From: Eledone cirrhosa
Lineage: Eukaryota
Assembly (NCBI GenBank): GCA_964016885.1
Contig: OZ024743.1
Coordinates: 252,402,001 to 252,466,000 of the forward strand
Reading direction: 5' to 3'
DNA length: 64,000 bases
This document shows, in pieces, positions 52,631 to 64,000 of this stretch. The notes below the pieces were generated by a model. It was not told the origin of the DNA. It did not search any database and was given only the letters and a program-made list of their open reading frames with translations. Made by a program: the position numbers and the translations under genes. Numbering within the stretch: the first letter of the stretch is position 1; every line of letters starts with the position of its first letter.

Positions 52631-53842
52631 GGTATATTATATATACATTATATAATATATTATACAATATATCTTATATAATATACAATATATTACATAA
52701 TATATTGTATGATATATATAATCCTAGTCTGCACATCTAAACATTGCTTTAACAAGGAAAATGACTTTGAAACATTTGTTCTGATAGTGCATCTATGTAT
52801 TTTCATGTATATATTTACTTCTGCGTGTTGTTTTTTACTTATATGAGTTCTATGTTTTTCTAATTACGTATTTATTTATCTTTTGTATTGTATGGTTCTA
52901 AGATTTGAACACATGTTGTATGTAACACATTTAAACATTAATTTATAAAGACTTATAAGCATAAACGAAATTACTATCCATTTGTGTATCATACATTTTT
53001 TATTGAATTTTATTAAAAGAACCTTTATTTCATTAAAATGCAGAAGGTTTTCCTCTAACAGTGAGCTTTCTGAGAACCCACTTTGTGATCTGCTATTCCT
53101 GTTTTTTAAATAATTTTATCATCATTCTAACTGGTGAGTCTAACATAACAAAGATTGTGAGGAATGACACAGCATATGACAGTAAATTATGGTTGGTTAA
53201 TTTGTATATCTGTAACTAGAATAATATATACAGAATGAAAAATAGAGGAAGGGAGGACACAATGATGGAAGGAAGGAATTAATAAGATAGAGAGAAGAGA
53301 GGAAAGAATAGAGCACTGAATAAAGGAAGGAAGGAAACAATAAGAGTAACAACAAATAAAGACAAATTTCTAAGACACATAAATGACCAAGCAGTAAGAT
53401 TATTCTGGACTATAGAATATATCCATAGATTTTTAACCAACACTATGTAGACAAAATGTGTGTACAAACAAAGCATTTACAACTGTTTATACACATAGAG
53501 TTGGGCCAGCATGGCCTCAGCCAATCATATGGAACAAGTAAGAATATATATATATATTCTGTAGTATTGAAGCCTAAAACTGATAGTGCAGTAGTAATTT
53601 ATTAATCAAACAATTAAAGATGGATAAGTTAGTGCCAAAATATTTAATGTAGTTAACATCAAAATTCTAATTAGAAATATCTATTTAAATAACTCAACAG
53701 AAATTCAAATGTTAGCTCTCAAAAGTCTACAATATTCCCTGCTTAACATGTTAGCATCGTTTCTGTGAATGTTCAAGATAGTAATTTTTCATTATTTGAC
53801 TTGGTTTAGAACCAAATAAGCATACACAAAATTTAGAAGCAT

Positions 53843-54155
53843 ATGTGTTGTTTCCTTGAGCAAGACACTTTATTTCACATTGCTCCAGTTTACTCAGCTG
53901 TAGAAATGAGATGATAGGGACCTCAGTCCCTATCATTCCACTGCAAAGTGGTCATGGAGGTGCCACGGCAAAAAAGCACCCAGGTCACACTGAAGTGGAC
54001 ATGTAGGCACCACGGAAAAAAAGCACCCAGCACTCACTGTAAATGAGATTGGTGTTAGGAAGGGCATCCAGCTGTAGAAATCAAGCCAGAATCAGTTCCC
54101 ATCCCACCCTTGCAAGCAGGGAAAAGCGGAAGTAAAATGATGCTGATGATGATGC
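53843..54155 (+). mobile_element. 5'-truncated SINE, same family as 26299-26631
   Basis: Collinear core and RTE-type tail with (GAT)n. Confidence 0.85.
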
Positions 54156-56115
54156 ACATGTGAGAAATCGCGCAGAAAGTAGAATTATATAAAGCAGAAG
54201 GAAAGAGCTGATTATCTGATTGAACTAAAGAATCAATGTTTCCATTGGTCTTTCCATTGCTGCTACTATCAGTTACTCACCACTCCTGGCAGAAAAAGAC
54301 AGGATTTGAACTCAGAATCTACAGGGTCTGATCAAATACCACAAAGTATCTCATCTGATTCTTTAACAATTTCTCAAATCCACTGCCACATGGACTGGTA
54401 TTTTATTCATCAACTCTGAAAGGATGTAAGTGGGGGAAATTATCTTGGCAGAATGTGAACTTGGAATACAAAAAGCCAGAACAGATAATAATAATGTAAC
54501 AGCTCTGCTAATTCTTTAGCATGATATAACTTTATTAATAAACAATTATAAACATTGGATTTTGTATAATCGCTTTTGAATTAAACCCTGTATGTTTAAA
54601 TATTCTAAACTGTTGTTTACAACACTTCACAACGATCATGTAGTGGTAACTAGAAACATGATTACTATATAAGAAATCTAAAGTTCATAGATACATATGA
54701 AACGAAGTTAGTGGTTGTTGTTGAAGATAACGATAATTTTTGATGAGATATATAAGTTTACTTCACTTCAGTTAAAAAGGAAAAAGAATATAATTACTTT
54801 GAATCATAAAAATATAACGTTTGCTGGTACCACTCACAAATGCATACAGTGTTGAAAAGAAAAGCTTGTGTTGTCTATATGATTCTGTGCGTGATCGAAG
54901 TGCTGATGGAAGAATTGCTGTTGGGCTCTTGTCAACAGGGCTGATAGATTTTGCTAAGTGCTACATCCTGCTACTTGCTTGAGCAGGTCGAAGTGATGAT
55001 TCTTTTCAAAGCAACCAGACTTGAATGAGACAAAGAAAAAATGTATCTCATGTCACCTCAAGCTAACCAGCCACTCCAGACAAATGACGCCAACTAAGAT
55101 AAACAGAAGCAGCAGTCAGATGTCATTTGGGGCCAGTATGTGCGAAGAGATGTTGCTACGCATACTTTCCCCCCTTTCATGTATTACCTATGGGATTCTC
55201 TTTCGACCTCTTGCTTTCCTGACTACAGCAATTTGTCTTTTTTGCCTGCTTAATCCCGGGCAGGTCGTGGAGGGAGAGTTCTGAAGCCCTTCTTCCAGCG
55301 AGCTTCCTGCCATAAGCAACTGATTTGGCTGGGTCTCCTGATGGTTAGCTTTGCCTGTAAAATGTATTCAGTGATTTATTTTCCTGGGACATTCTAACCA
55401 CATGTCCACATGTAATATTGGAGCTGTGATCTCTCAATTTGGAGAAGTAGCAGATCTACCTGGAGTGACTCTGTCCCAACGACTTTCTTTAACCGTTGCT
55501 CGCACCAACCGGAGGTATATGGTCTTTAAAGCGATGAAATACCAATGAAGGTTGGAAGATCACTGATGAAGGACTAAATTTATTCATATGTAACCGATTT
55601 GCAACCACGCAGCACGCCATGTTTTTATATTTTTCATATATATTTTCCTCCGCTGTGACCCTTCTGTTTCTTTATTACTGCTTCCCTTTTCTCTGTATCT
55701 CTCACTTCCTTTTATACCAACTACCAGTCACTCTCTCTGTTAGCCTCTTCCTCACACTTTCACTCACTCACTCTCTGCTACTCCCTCTCCTACTTCCTCC
55801 CGTTGGACCTGTGCGAGATTCTTTCCTCACTCACACTTCGACCAGGTCGGATGGTCTTTATTCTCTCTCGTCTACAATTTCACAGAACTTATGTTCATCG
55901 ATTTCAGGGACTTGACTCCTTCTTCCTCACTTTTCGTTGCATTACCATCTTTGTTTGTTTACTGTCTCGCTCGTTCCCCCTATTTACGTGTCCCACGTAA
56001 ATAGGGGGAACGAGCCGTTCTTTAGCCGTTGCTCGCACCAACCAGAGGTATATGGTCTTTAAAGCGATGAAATACCAATGAAGGTTGGGAGATCACTGAT
56101 GAAGGACTAAATTTA

Positions 56116-56181
<66 letters not shown>

Positions 56182-56579
56182 AAGGTAGATAAGGTTTTGT
56201 TTGACTCAATGGTATCCTTTGAAACATATAGCATAATATCCAAGTAGGCGAATATGGTGTATAGGTGCAGGAGCGATCACGGAGTGTATTAATATAGGCA
56301 CCAAGAAAAATAAAACGTTCGCATGAAGAGAATACGAGTTTATTTGCTTTGACATATGTTTATGTGTCTATTATAAATTGTCTAGATATGCTGACTACAA
56401 TACATATTGTTCAATCATATGCAATACTTAATTATTAATTACACTTCATCAGAAAGCTTACAGTAGTGGAATTCAACTATTCATCACGAAGCAGAATTCA
56501 ATATTCGTTTAAGAAAATAGAAAATGTAAATAAGTTAAAAATAACATGATACAGTCATGTGATATATATATATATGCTT

Positions 56580-56716
<137 letters not shown>

Positions 56717-56821
56717 AAGTATTTCGTATCTCCAAGGAAATACGGTTTTAGGAAGCCGTAGCTATGCAAACACCGTGGGGTTAACGCCCACTGGTGATGT
56801 CCAGCAGAAGCAAGGGGGACA

Positions 56822-56865
56822 ACCGTCTATGCATTTCAGGCTTAACTGGCCTTCGTCAGGACGGT
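56822..56865 (-). ncRNA. Canonical minimal type-I hammerhead ribozyme
   Basis: ACCGTC CTGACGA AGGC CAGTTAA GCCT GAAA TGCA TA GACGGT. Confidence 0.9.
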
Positions 56866-57034
56866 CCCTCCCAACGCTTGCGACTGCTGGACTAGAAGAC
56901 AGGCGAGAATATATACTTTTCTCGTCTGTGTAAATGAGGTGATTAATCTCATTTGCATATGAAGCTGCGTAAGTTGGCTAAACTTATAATAAAAAAGAAA
57001 TAGGATTTCGCTTCAAGCATAGCTTTATACAATA

Positions 57035-58019
57035 CTAGCAGTAAAGCCCGGCGTTGCTCGGGGTCGCTCAGTAGCTGTGTTAAAGTTACAATGTTAAGTT
57101 TCTTTTTTGGCTTAAAAACTGTAGTGTCTACTGTGCAGACTTGCATGTGGTGTTTTTGATTAATATTCCCTCAACCAACAATATGCCTTATGAAGTTAAG
57201 AAAACATAACGATAACCCCAATGTTATAACAAAAGAGGATGCTGGGGATAAAAACTGCACTGGTTATTTATTAAGAAAGATCGAAAATGTAAACACTGCA
57301 ACGCAGAGAAAAACATTAGCGTTACCAAATTATCAGTTATGTCTGTCTGCACGCCTATATCACCTCTCTACACGACTGTCTGTCTGCACGCCTATATCAC
57401 CTCTCTGCACGATTGTCTGTCTGCACGCCTATATCACCTCTCTGCACGACTGTCTGTCTGCACGCCTATATCACCTCTCTGCACGATTGTCTGTCTGCAC
57501 GCGTATATCACCTCTCTGCACGACTGTCTGTCTGCACGACTGTCTGTCTGCACGCCTAACGACGAAATATTTGCTTGTTTTACGTAGTCTTTAAATAGAC
57601 TTGTTTTCAAGTAAAAATATTGTTTTAAAATGCTTTTAAATGGAAATGAAGCAAAACGGAAGTTTAGTGTTCGAACTGATGAATTTTGCAGGTCAATATT
57701 TTGCTGGCTCGACAACTGTTCGTGTATTGTGTTAATGTCATTTTAAACGCTGAGAAAGCCAGCGTAATTTTTTACGTAAGACGCTCAATGTAAACAGAAC
57801 AAAGGGAAATAACTGATAACTTACGCTCAAAAATCGATACATTATATTCGATTTCGTCACATAGGGTGGGTCAATTTGAAATATTTTTTTTCCGATGTCT
57901 TCGCTAGCGCTCAATGTACAAGTATAGCAATTTCGGTGCAATTCCGTGAGAGATTCTAAGAGGAGATGTGTGCCAAAAATCGATAGACAGACAGATAACC
58001 GCAGTTTTATATATATAGA
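57035..58019 (-). mobile_element. Non-autonomous Helitron with internal minisatellite of about 37 bp (57340-57557)
   Basis: A|TCTATATATATAAAACTGCGG ... CCCGAGCAACGCCGGG CTTTACTG CTAG|T. No TSD; the empty site is preserved in the sister copy at 58441-58466. Confidence 0.9.
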
Positions 58020-58288
58020 TGTATAAATATTTCGTATCTCCAAAGAAATACGGTTTTAGGAAGCCGTAGCTATGCAAACACCGTGGGGCTAACGCTCTCT
58101 GGTGATGTCCAGCAGAAGCAAGGGGGGACAACCGTCTATGCATTTAAGGCTTAACTGACCTTTGTCAGGACGGACCCCTCCTGTATTTCCTTGGAGATAC
58201 GGAATATTTATACATATTTACACAGAGGAGAAAAGTATATATTCTCGCCTGTCTTCTAGTCCAGCAGTCGCAAGCGGTGGGAGGGACC

Positions 58289-58326
58289 GTCCTGACGAAG
58301 GCCAGTTAAGCCTGAAATGCATAGAC
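58289..58326 (+). ncRNA. Type-I hammerhead ribozyme, intact core
   Basis: GTC CTGACGA AGGC CAGTTAA GCCT GAAA TGCA TA GAC. Confidence 0.85.
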
Positions 58327-58485
58327 ATGTTGTCCCCCTTGCTTCTGCTGGACATCACCAGAGGGCGTTATCCCCCCCCCCCCCTGGTGTTTGCATAGCT
58401 ACGGCTTCCTAAAACCGTATTCCCTTGGAGATACGAAATATTTATACATATTGTATAAAGCTATGCTTGAAGCTAAATCCTATTT

Positions 58486-58551
<66 letters not shown>

Positions 58552-58555
<4 letters not shown>

Positions 58556-58960
58556 ATAAAGAAAACGAAAAATCAGTGATGCATCTGGACTTAATTTATT
58601 GCGTGTTACAATTGTTTCGCTGTCAGGTAGATCGAGACATGGTCCCTGTATGGATCTGGCTGATTCTACGGCTGTAGGTTCTATCAGACACGGGTAGTTT
58701 GGTCGGAGCAAATTTTATTATTCCGAACGAACTACCCGTGTCTGAAAGAACCTGCAGCCGTAGAATCAGCCAGATCCATACAGGGACCATGTCGCGAGCT
58801 AACTGCCGGCGAAACAATTGTAACACGCAATAAATTAAGTCCAGATGCATCACTGATTTTTCGTTTTCTTTATACTATCTACACTTTACTCTGCTGAATA
58901 TCGAGTGCTAATTTTGGCATACCGCCTATGGAAGCACCATAGCTACCATTATACAAAACT
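58552..58960 (+). mobile_element. Hairpin-plus-tail element (arms of about 155 bp)
   Basis: IR 58552-58706 / 58721-58877, tail 58878-58960, (TA)n flanks. Confidence 0.88.
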
Positions 58961-58981
58961 ATATATATATATGTATATATA

Positions 58982-59191
58982 TTAGAAAATGAGTTTTTTT
59001 TACAAAATGAAAAATAACCCAGGTGTTCTACACGAGTGAAAGTATAAGGACAAAAGATGAAATCGAAAATGCAACTGTTCTCTTTTAAAAAAAAATATAT
59101 ATATTTATTTATTTATTTAAAGGAACCAAATATATATATATTTAAAAAAAAAGACTCCAGTTGCATTTTCGTTTCATCTTTTTTCCTTATG
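58982..59191 (-). mobile_element. Mini hairpin-plus-tail element, arm related to 41228-41303
   Basis: IR ATAAGGACAAAAGATGAAATCGAAAATGCAACTG / CAGTTGCATTTTCGTTTCATCTTTTTCCTTAT. Confidence 0.7.
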
Positions 59192-59193
59192 TA

Positions 59194-59237
<44 letters not shown>

Positions 59238-59254
59238 TTATATATATATATAAT

Positions 59255-60590
59255 AATAATAAAAAAATGTTGAGAGGAAGAACACGAGTTAGGATATATA
59301 TATATGAAAACAGGGAGAAAGAGACGATTATGAGGAAGAAAAATATATTTTTTTCCTTTTTTGTTTCTCTCTCTTTTTTCTGGGTTAGAAAATGATTAAA
59401 ACGAAATGTTTTACTTTGTGTGAAGTGTTAAGGTATTAGTTGATTTATTTATTATTTAACAATAGCATTTATTTATATATTTAATTATTGTCTATTACCG
59501 GTTTCATCATTTATATGCATTATCAAATGATAGTGAAATGTATTAGTGTGGTGTCGCATATGTTAAACAGAAGGTGCAGAAAGAATAATGTTATTTACAA
59601 ACAAGGTTTAAGAAGTGAAAAGAAAAAAGAAAAAGGAAAAAAAAAACGTGCATAATGTGGAACGTAAAAAGTCAATGTGGAAGAAAAAATAATGTTATTT
59701 ACAAGCACAGTCATTGAAGTTAAGCAGATCAAAATGTATTAATATAGCAAGAGTGCTTAGTTGAACCATGGTTCCGTGATGGAGGCAAATGGTGGACTGA
59801 GGTTTGATATGATTTCCCTTTTTAGAGTGTTAATATGCAGGGGGAAGCAATTCTTGCTGGGTGATATTTAATTTATTTAAGAAAAAGGATTAGGTAGGGT
59901 GTAAGGGAGGTAATTCTTGTAAATGTTTGATGGTTTGTTGCAGTTTTAGATTGGTCCGAGTTTTAGAGCATTGAGTAGTGGTTGAAATCTATTAATGAAA
60001 TGTGTTTCCTTATTTGTACGTTGGATGAAAGTAGCGTTGTCTATGAATTTGTAAATGGGGAAAATTTTAAAGTTTGGATGTTGGTTGAGAGCACAATTGG
60101 CGATATGTCCACTAAATGCAATCTTTCTGTATTCCTGTATTTTAATTTGTGATTTATGGACGGTCATACATTGACGGAGGATGTTTTTTGTCTGTCCTAT
60201 GTAGTGCTCTTGACAACCTGAGCAGGTCGAAACATAGATAAGGTTTTCAGATGCACATGTAAAGTTGTGTTTAACTGTGAAACGTTGTCCTTGTTTAAAA
60301 TGGAATGTTGAACCTGCTATTAGATTTATGCATATGCCACAGTTGGGCCTTCCGCATTTTGTTACTGTAGGGTTCATTGTGAGGGTTTGTTGGATTTTGG
60401 CTTGTGTGAGGATGTTTAAATAATAAATAAATCAACTAATACCTTAACACTTCACACAAACTAAAACATTTCGTTTTAATCATTTGCTAACCCAGAAAAG
60501 AGAGAGAGAGAGAAACAAAAAAGGAAAAAAATATATTTTTCTTCCTCATAGTCGTCTCTTTCTCCCTGTTTTCATATATATATATATATA
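59255..60590 (-). mobile_element. 5'-truncated PLE with inverted arms (about 59295-59459 / 60416-60585)
   Basis: The arms flank a GIY-YIG ORF; decayed hammerhead (TTGATAA...GAAACCGGTA) near 59490-59535. Confidence 0.85.
59946..60377 (-). pseudogene. PLE zinc-finger linker and GIY-YIG endonuclease (Neptune-like)
   Basis: CGRPNCGIC...FTCASENLIYVSTCSGCQEHYIGQT...H...ETHFINRFQPLLN. Confidence 0.88.
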
Positions 60591-60734
60591 AAACAATTGT
60601 TCTCAGTATGGTGAATTAACTGTTGTGTAACCACTTCCAACTAACTCGTCCCATGGACTGAGTGCTCTACCACTACGGATATTACCTTCTAGTGTTCTAC
60701 GACTATATATATATAAGCATATATATATATATAC

Positions 60735-60796
<62 letters not shown>

Positions 60797-60798
<2 letters not shown>

Positions 60799-61052
60799 AG
60801 TAAGAATATTTTCGAAACAGCGAGTGTTTGAAATTATTAGAAATATAAGCTATCGCCGTATTTTGACTAAAGAAATTAAAGAAATTATTTAGCCTGATAG
60901 TGGGGTTAAGAACCATCGGAGAAATGGAAAAAGATGAGTATTGACGTACATGTACGTCAATACCCATCTTTTTCCATTTCACCGAGGGTTCTTAACCCCA
61001 CTATCAGGCTAAATAATTTATTTAATTTCTTTAGTCAAAATACGGCGATAGC
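60797..61052 (-). mobile_element. Loopless palindrome (two 102-bp arms) plus tail
   Basis: 60849-61052 centred on TTGACGTACA|TGTACGTCAA. Confidence 0.88.
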
Positions 61053-61087
<35 letters not shown>

Positions 61088-61371
61088 AGTATATATATAT
61101 ATCACACTGACTGTATTTCATGTTATTTTTAACTTATTTACATTTTCTTAAACGAATATTGATTTCTGCTTCATGATGAATTCCACTACTGTAAGCTTTC
61201 TGATGAAGTATAATTAATAATTAAGTATTGCATATGATTGAACAATATGTATTGTAGTCAGCATATGTAGACAATTTATAATAGACACATAAACATATGT
61301 CAAAGCAAATAAATGTGTATTCTCTTCACGCCAACGTTTTATTTTTCTTGGTGCAATACTAGCTTATATTA

Positions 61372-61548
61372 ATTTGGCAGTATCGGTAGAGGGTCGGACG
61401 CCATGCTTTCCAGCATAGTTACGTCCCTTTACGATCTGAGTTGAAATCCCGCCGAGGTTGACTTTGCCTTTCATCCTTACGGGGGTCGATAAAATAAAGT
61501 ACCAGTAATGCACTGAGTAATTGCTGGCCTTGTGCCTAAAGTAGAAAC
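61372..61548 (+). mobile_element. SINE (GTTGACTTTGCCTTTCATCC core family; older copies near 15630, 17450, 18290, 20620, 20830, 29770, 63020)
   Basis: B-box-like GAGTTGAAATCC; absent from the paired arm at 56280-56300. Confidence 0.82.
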
Positions 61549-63185
61549 AATTAATTGATACACTCTGTGATCGCTCCTGCACCTATATACCATATTCGCC
61601 TGCTTGGATATTATGCTATATGTTTCACAGGATATATATATACCCCAACATAAATTGCTTGAAATATATATGCATGTATATATATATTTCAAGGAATTTA
61701 TCGAGGTCATGCTTGCAGTCAAATTATTTATGGTGGTTCCTTTTTCTTACAATAGAAAGAAAAAGAAAAGCATGAATGAACATCATATATGAAAAAACTC
61801 AATCCAGATACGACTATCACATCACCATTGCTATGACCACACCAGCACCACTAATGGCATGCAGATCAGTGGAAAACTGCCACCAGCATAAATAATTATG
61901 ATTTTAACACCATCACCATGACAACCACTACAGATAGTGCAAACATCACCAACATCATCATTTCATGTAGTTCATTAATTCAAATAGTTTGTACTTTTCA
62001 AGAATGTCTTGCTAATGTGACTTCATGTACCACAGGACGTTAAGATTTGAAGGTGGTAGTAGTAGTAGTAGTAGTGGAGGTGGTAGTAGTGGTGGTGGTG
62101 GTAGTGATGGTGTTGGTGGTGATGGTGGTGTTGGTGGTGATGTTGATGGTAGCAGTAAGTGAGTGGTTTAAAACTGTGACAATGTAAGGCAAGCATTCAT
62201 CTGACATAAAGGTATTACTTCAAGTGAAGAAAAAGTCATCCAATTATAAAGAGGTGATAACTAATTAGTGAATTCATCTGTCTTCCCCTGCCCTTACCTG
62301 TTTTCAGCACCTAAGGAAGAATGTTCAAAATATTCTAGTTCAAAGAGAAGAGACATCTTTTTTAGTGCAATCACAATTATTAATGAATACAAAAGTAAAA
62401 AATCTAGTGTATTTTTAAAAAGTACAAAACAGAACTATGACTGCATCAATTTAAAAATTAAAGCTTTTATCCTAATACTATAGTATTACAATTTATCCAT
62501 TAGTAGATATACTATAAACATTCGAATTATCAAACCAGCACTACAACTGCATCATATTAAAAATTAAATTCATTACTCCAATATTGTATAATGGTCTGTT
62601 CACTAATATAGATACTATAAACATTTGAATTTTAAAATCTGTTTGAAATATTTTCTCCTAAATCATTACAGGATTTAAGGGATATGATATTAAAACTTAT
62701 ATATTATGGAAAAATATTTGCTACAGAAAAGAGAAAAAAGAAGGACAAATAAAGAAAGGTTAAAGAAATAAAAAAAAAGTAGGAAAGGTATAAAAGAAAA
62801 GGATAGGAGTTGATTGTCAGATCAAAAACGAAGGAAGCATTATTTCCATTGATCTTCCTATTGCTGAAACTATCTGCCAGTTGTAACCCTGAAAGGAGGT
62901 GGTCAGATTTAAACTCTGAATGTACAGAACCAAATCAAATACTGCAAAGCATACTATCTGATTCTTCAGCAATTTTGCCAATCCACCACCCACACTGGAT
63001 TAGTACTTTATTTAGCAACCCTGAAAGGATAAAAGACAAAGATAACCTTGGTGAGATTTGAACAGAGAGCACTGTCAGCTGGAACAAATACAGAGGTAGT
63101 CAATATAATGTCTTAACCACTGCCAATTCTTCATCTAAAGATATTGAAAGAAAACTAATAGAAGAGGAAGAGAAAGATATATATA

Positions 63186-63246
<61 letters not shown>

Positions 63247-63291
63247 ATGAAAGAGCAAAGAGAAGAGGAAGAGAGAACTAATACTATACAG

Positions 63292-63765
63292 CAGGGTTTC
63301 CCAACATTTTTTTCAGCCACCACCCAAAGGCACAAACTTTCAGCACAAACATGTTTGTCAAAAGCCAGTTTCGTCCAAAATTCTGAGCACCATTCTTTAT
63401 ATATTTGCACACAAATACACACATTCAGCTTTTTGCTTTTATTCATTGTTCTTTTTTTTGTTTTTCTTTTAGTCGTCTGTCACCATTCATCTGTTTTTTG
63501 TTTTTGCTTTGGGAGTTTCACTTTAGCAACACCAGTTACACATGCTGCCAGGAATTCGCTCGGTGTGACCAGAGTGGAATAAGTGTTTGTTAAATTTTTG
63601 AAAATTCAAAAAAAAGGATATATTTGAAAGAAAAAAAATGGATAAATGCCCACCGCCCACCTGAATATATTAACTGTTCCCCAAATGAAATAAAAAATCC
63701 CAGTGCCCCCTTTCAATACAACAGAGCCCACAAGAGGGCACTAGCGCGCACGTTGGGAAAGACTG
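63292..63765. mobile_element. Non-autonomous hAT (Charlie-like) element
   Basis: TIRs CAGGGTTTCCCAAC / GTTGGGAAAGACTG; perfect 8-bp TSD CTATACAG (63284-63291, 63766-63773). Confidence 0.9.
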
Positions 63766-64000
63766 CTATACAGGATCAAGATGGATGATGTGATTGAGTC
63801 AAACAAAGCTGAGTGAGTCTGACCAGATGACACTAATCACATCCCAAGTTCAAATCCCACTAAAGTTAAAAACAACAAAACACACCCTGATTTTGTATAA
63901 CACTATATGCTTTAACCGAAAGGATATAATTTGTTTTGTTTTATTTTTACACTTTTTAGTCAGGTAAGTAGACTAAGTTGAGCACCTGGCTAAAATGCTC

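Noticed and set aside
57340-57557. Repeat-protein ORFs or CRISPR-like array
   Set aside because: Minisatellite inside a Helitron, with no unique spacers.
61199-61340. Hammerhead starting at CTGATGAAG in the outer hairpin arms
   Set aside because: No convincing stem II or GAAA could be built by eye.

Overview
AT-rich eukaryotic intergenic or intronic DNA. The SINE/RTE/Penelope mix and long (TA)n, (CA)n and (CAT)n runs resemble an octopus or other mollusc genome, which is an inference. I found no host protein-coding gene I can support, and no CRISPR, rRNA or true tRNA. The window is almost entirely mobile DNA: a CsRN1-like Gypsy LTR element (715-4815) nested in the RT of a related opposite-strand Gypsy, a nearly intact RTE LINE, tRNA-derived SINEs with RTE-type tails, CR1-like remnants, two Helitron-type elements, a hAT MITE and a probable TTAA MITE. 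The main structure is a dense set of Penelope-like elements (PLEs) and non-coding derivatives inserted in (TA)n. About ten share one layout: an inverted arm, a direct arm, and a short unpaired tail. Many carry a type-I hammerhead ribozyme (about 10 readable motifs). Tails from otherwise dissimilar families share an ACTC...(TC)GAGTRCT stem motif next to the inversion boundary. One such hairpin (56180-61633) has gathered about 4.5 kb of nested insertions in its central TA run. All alignments and coordinates were read by eye.
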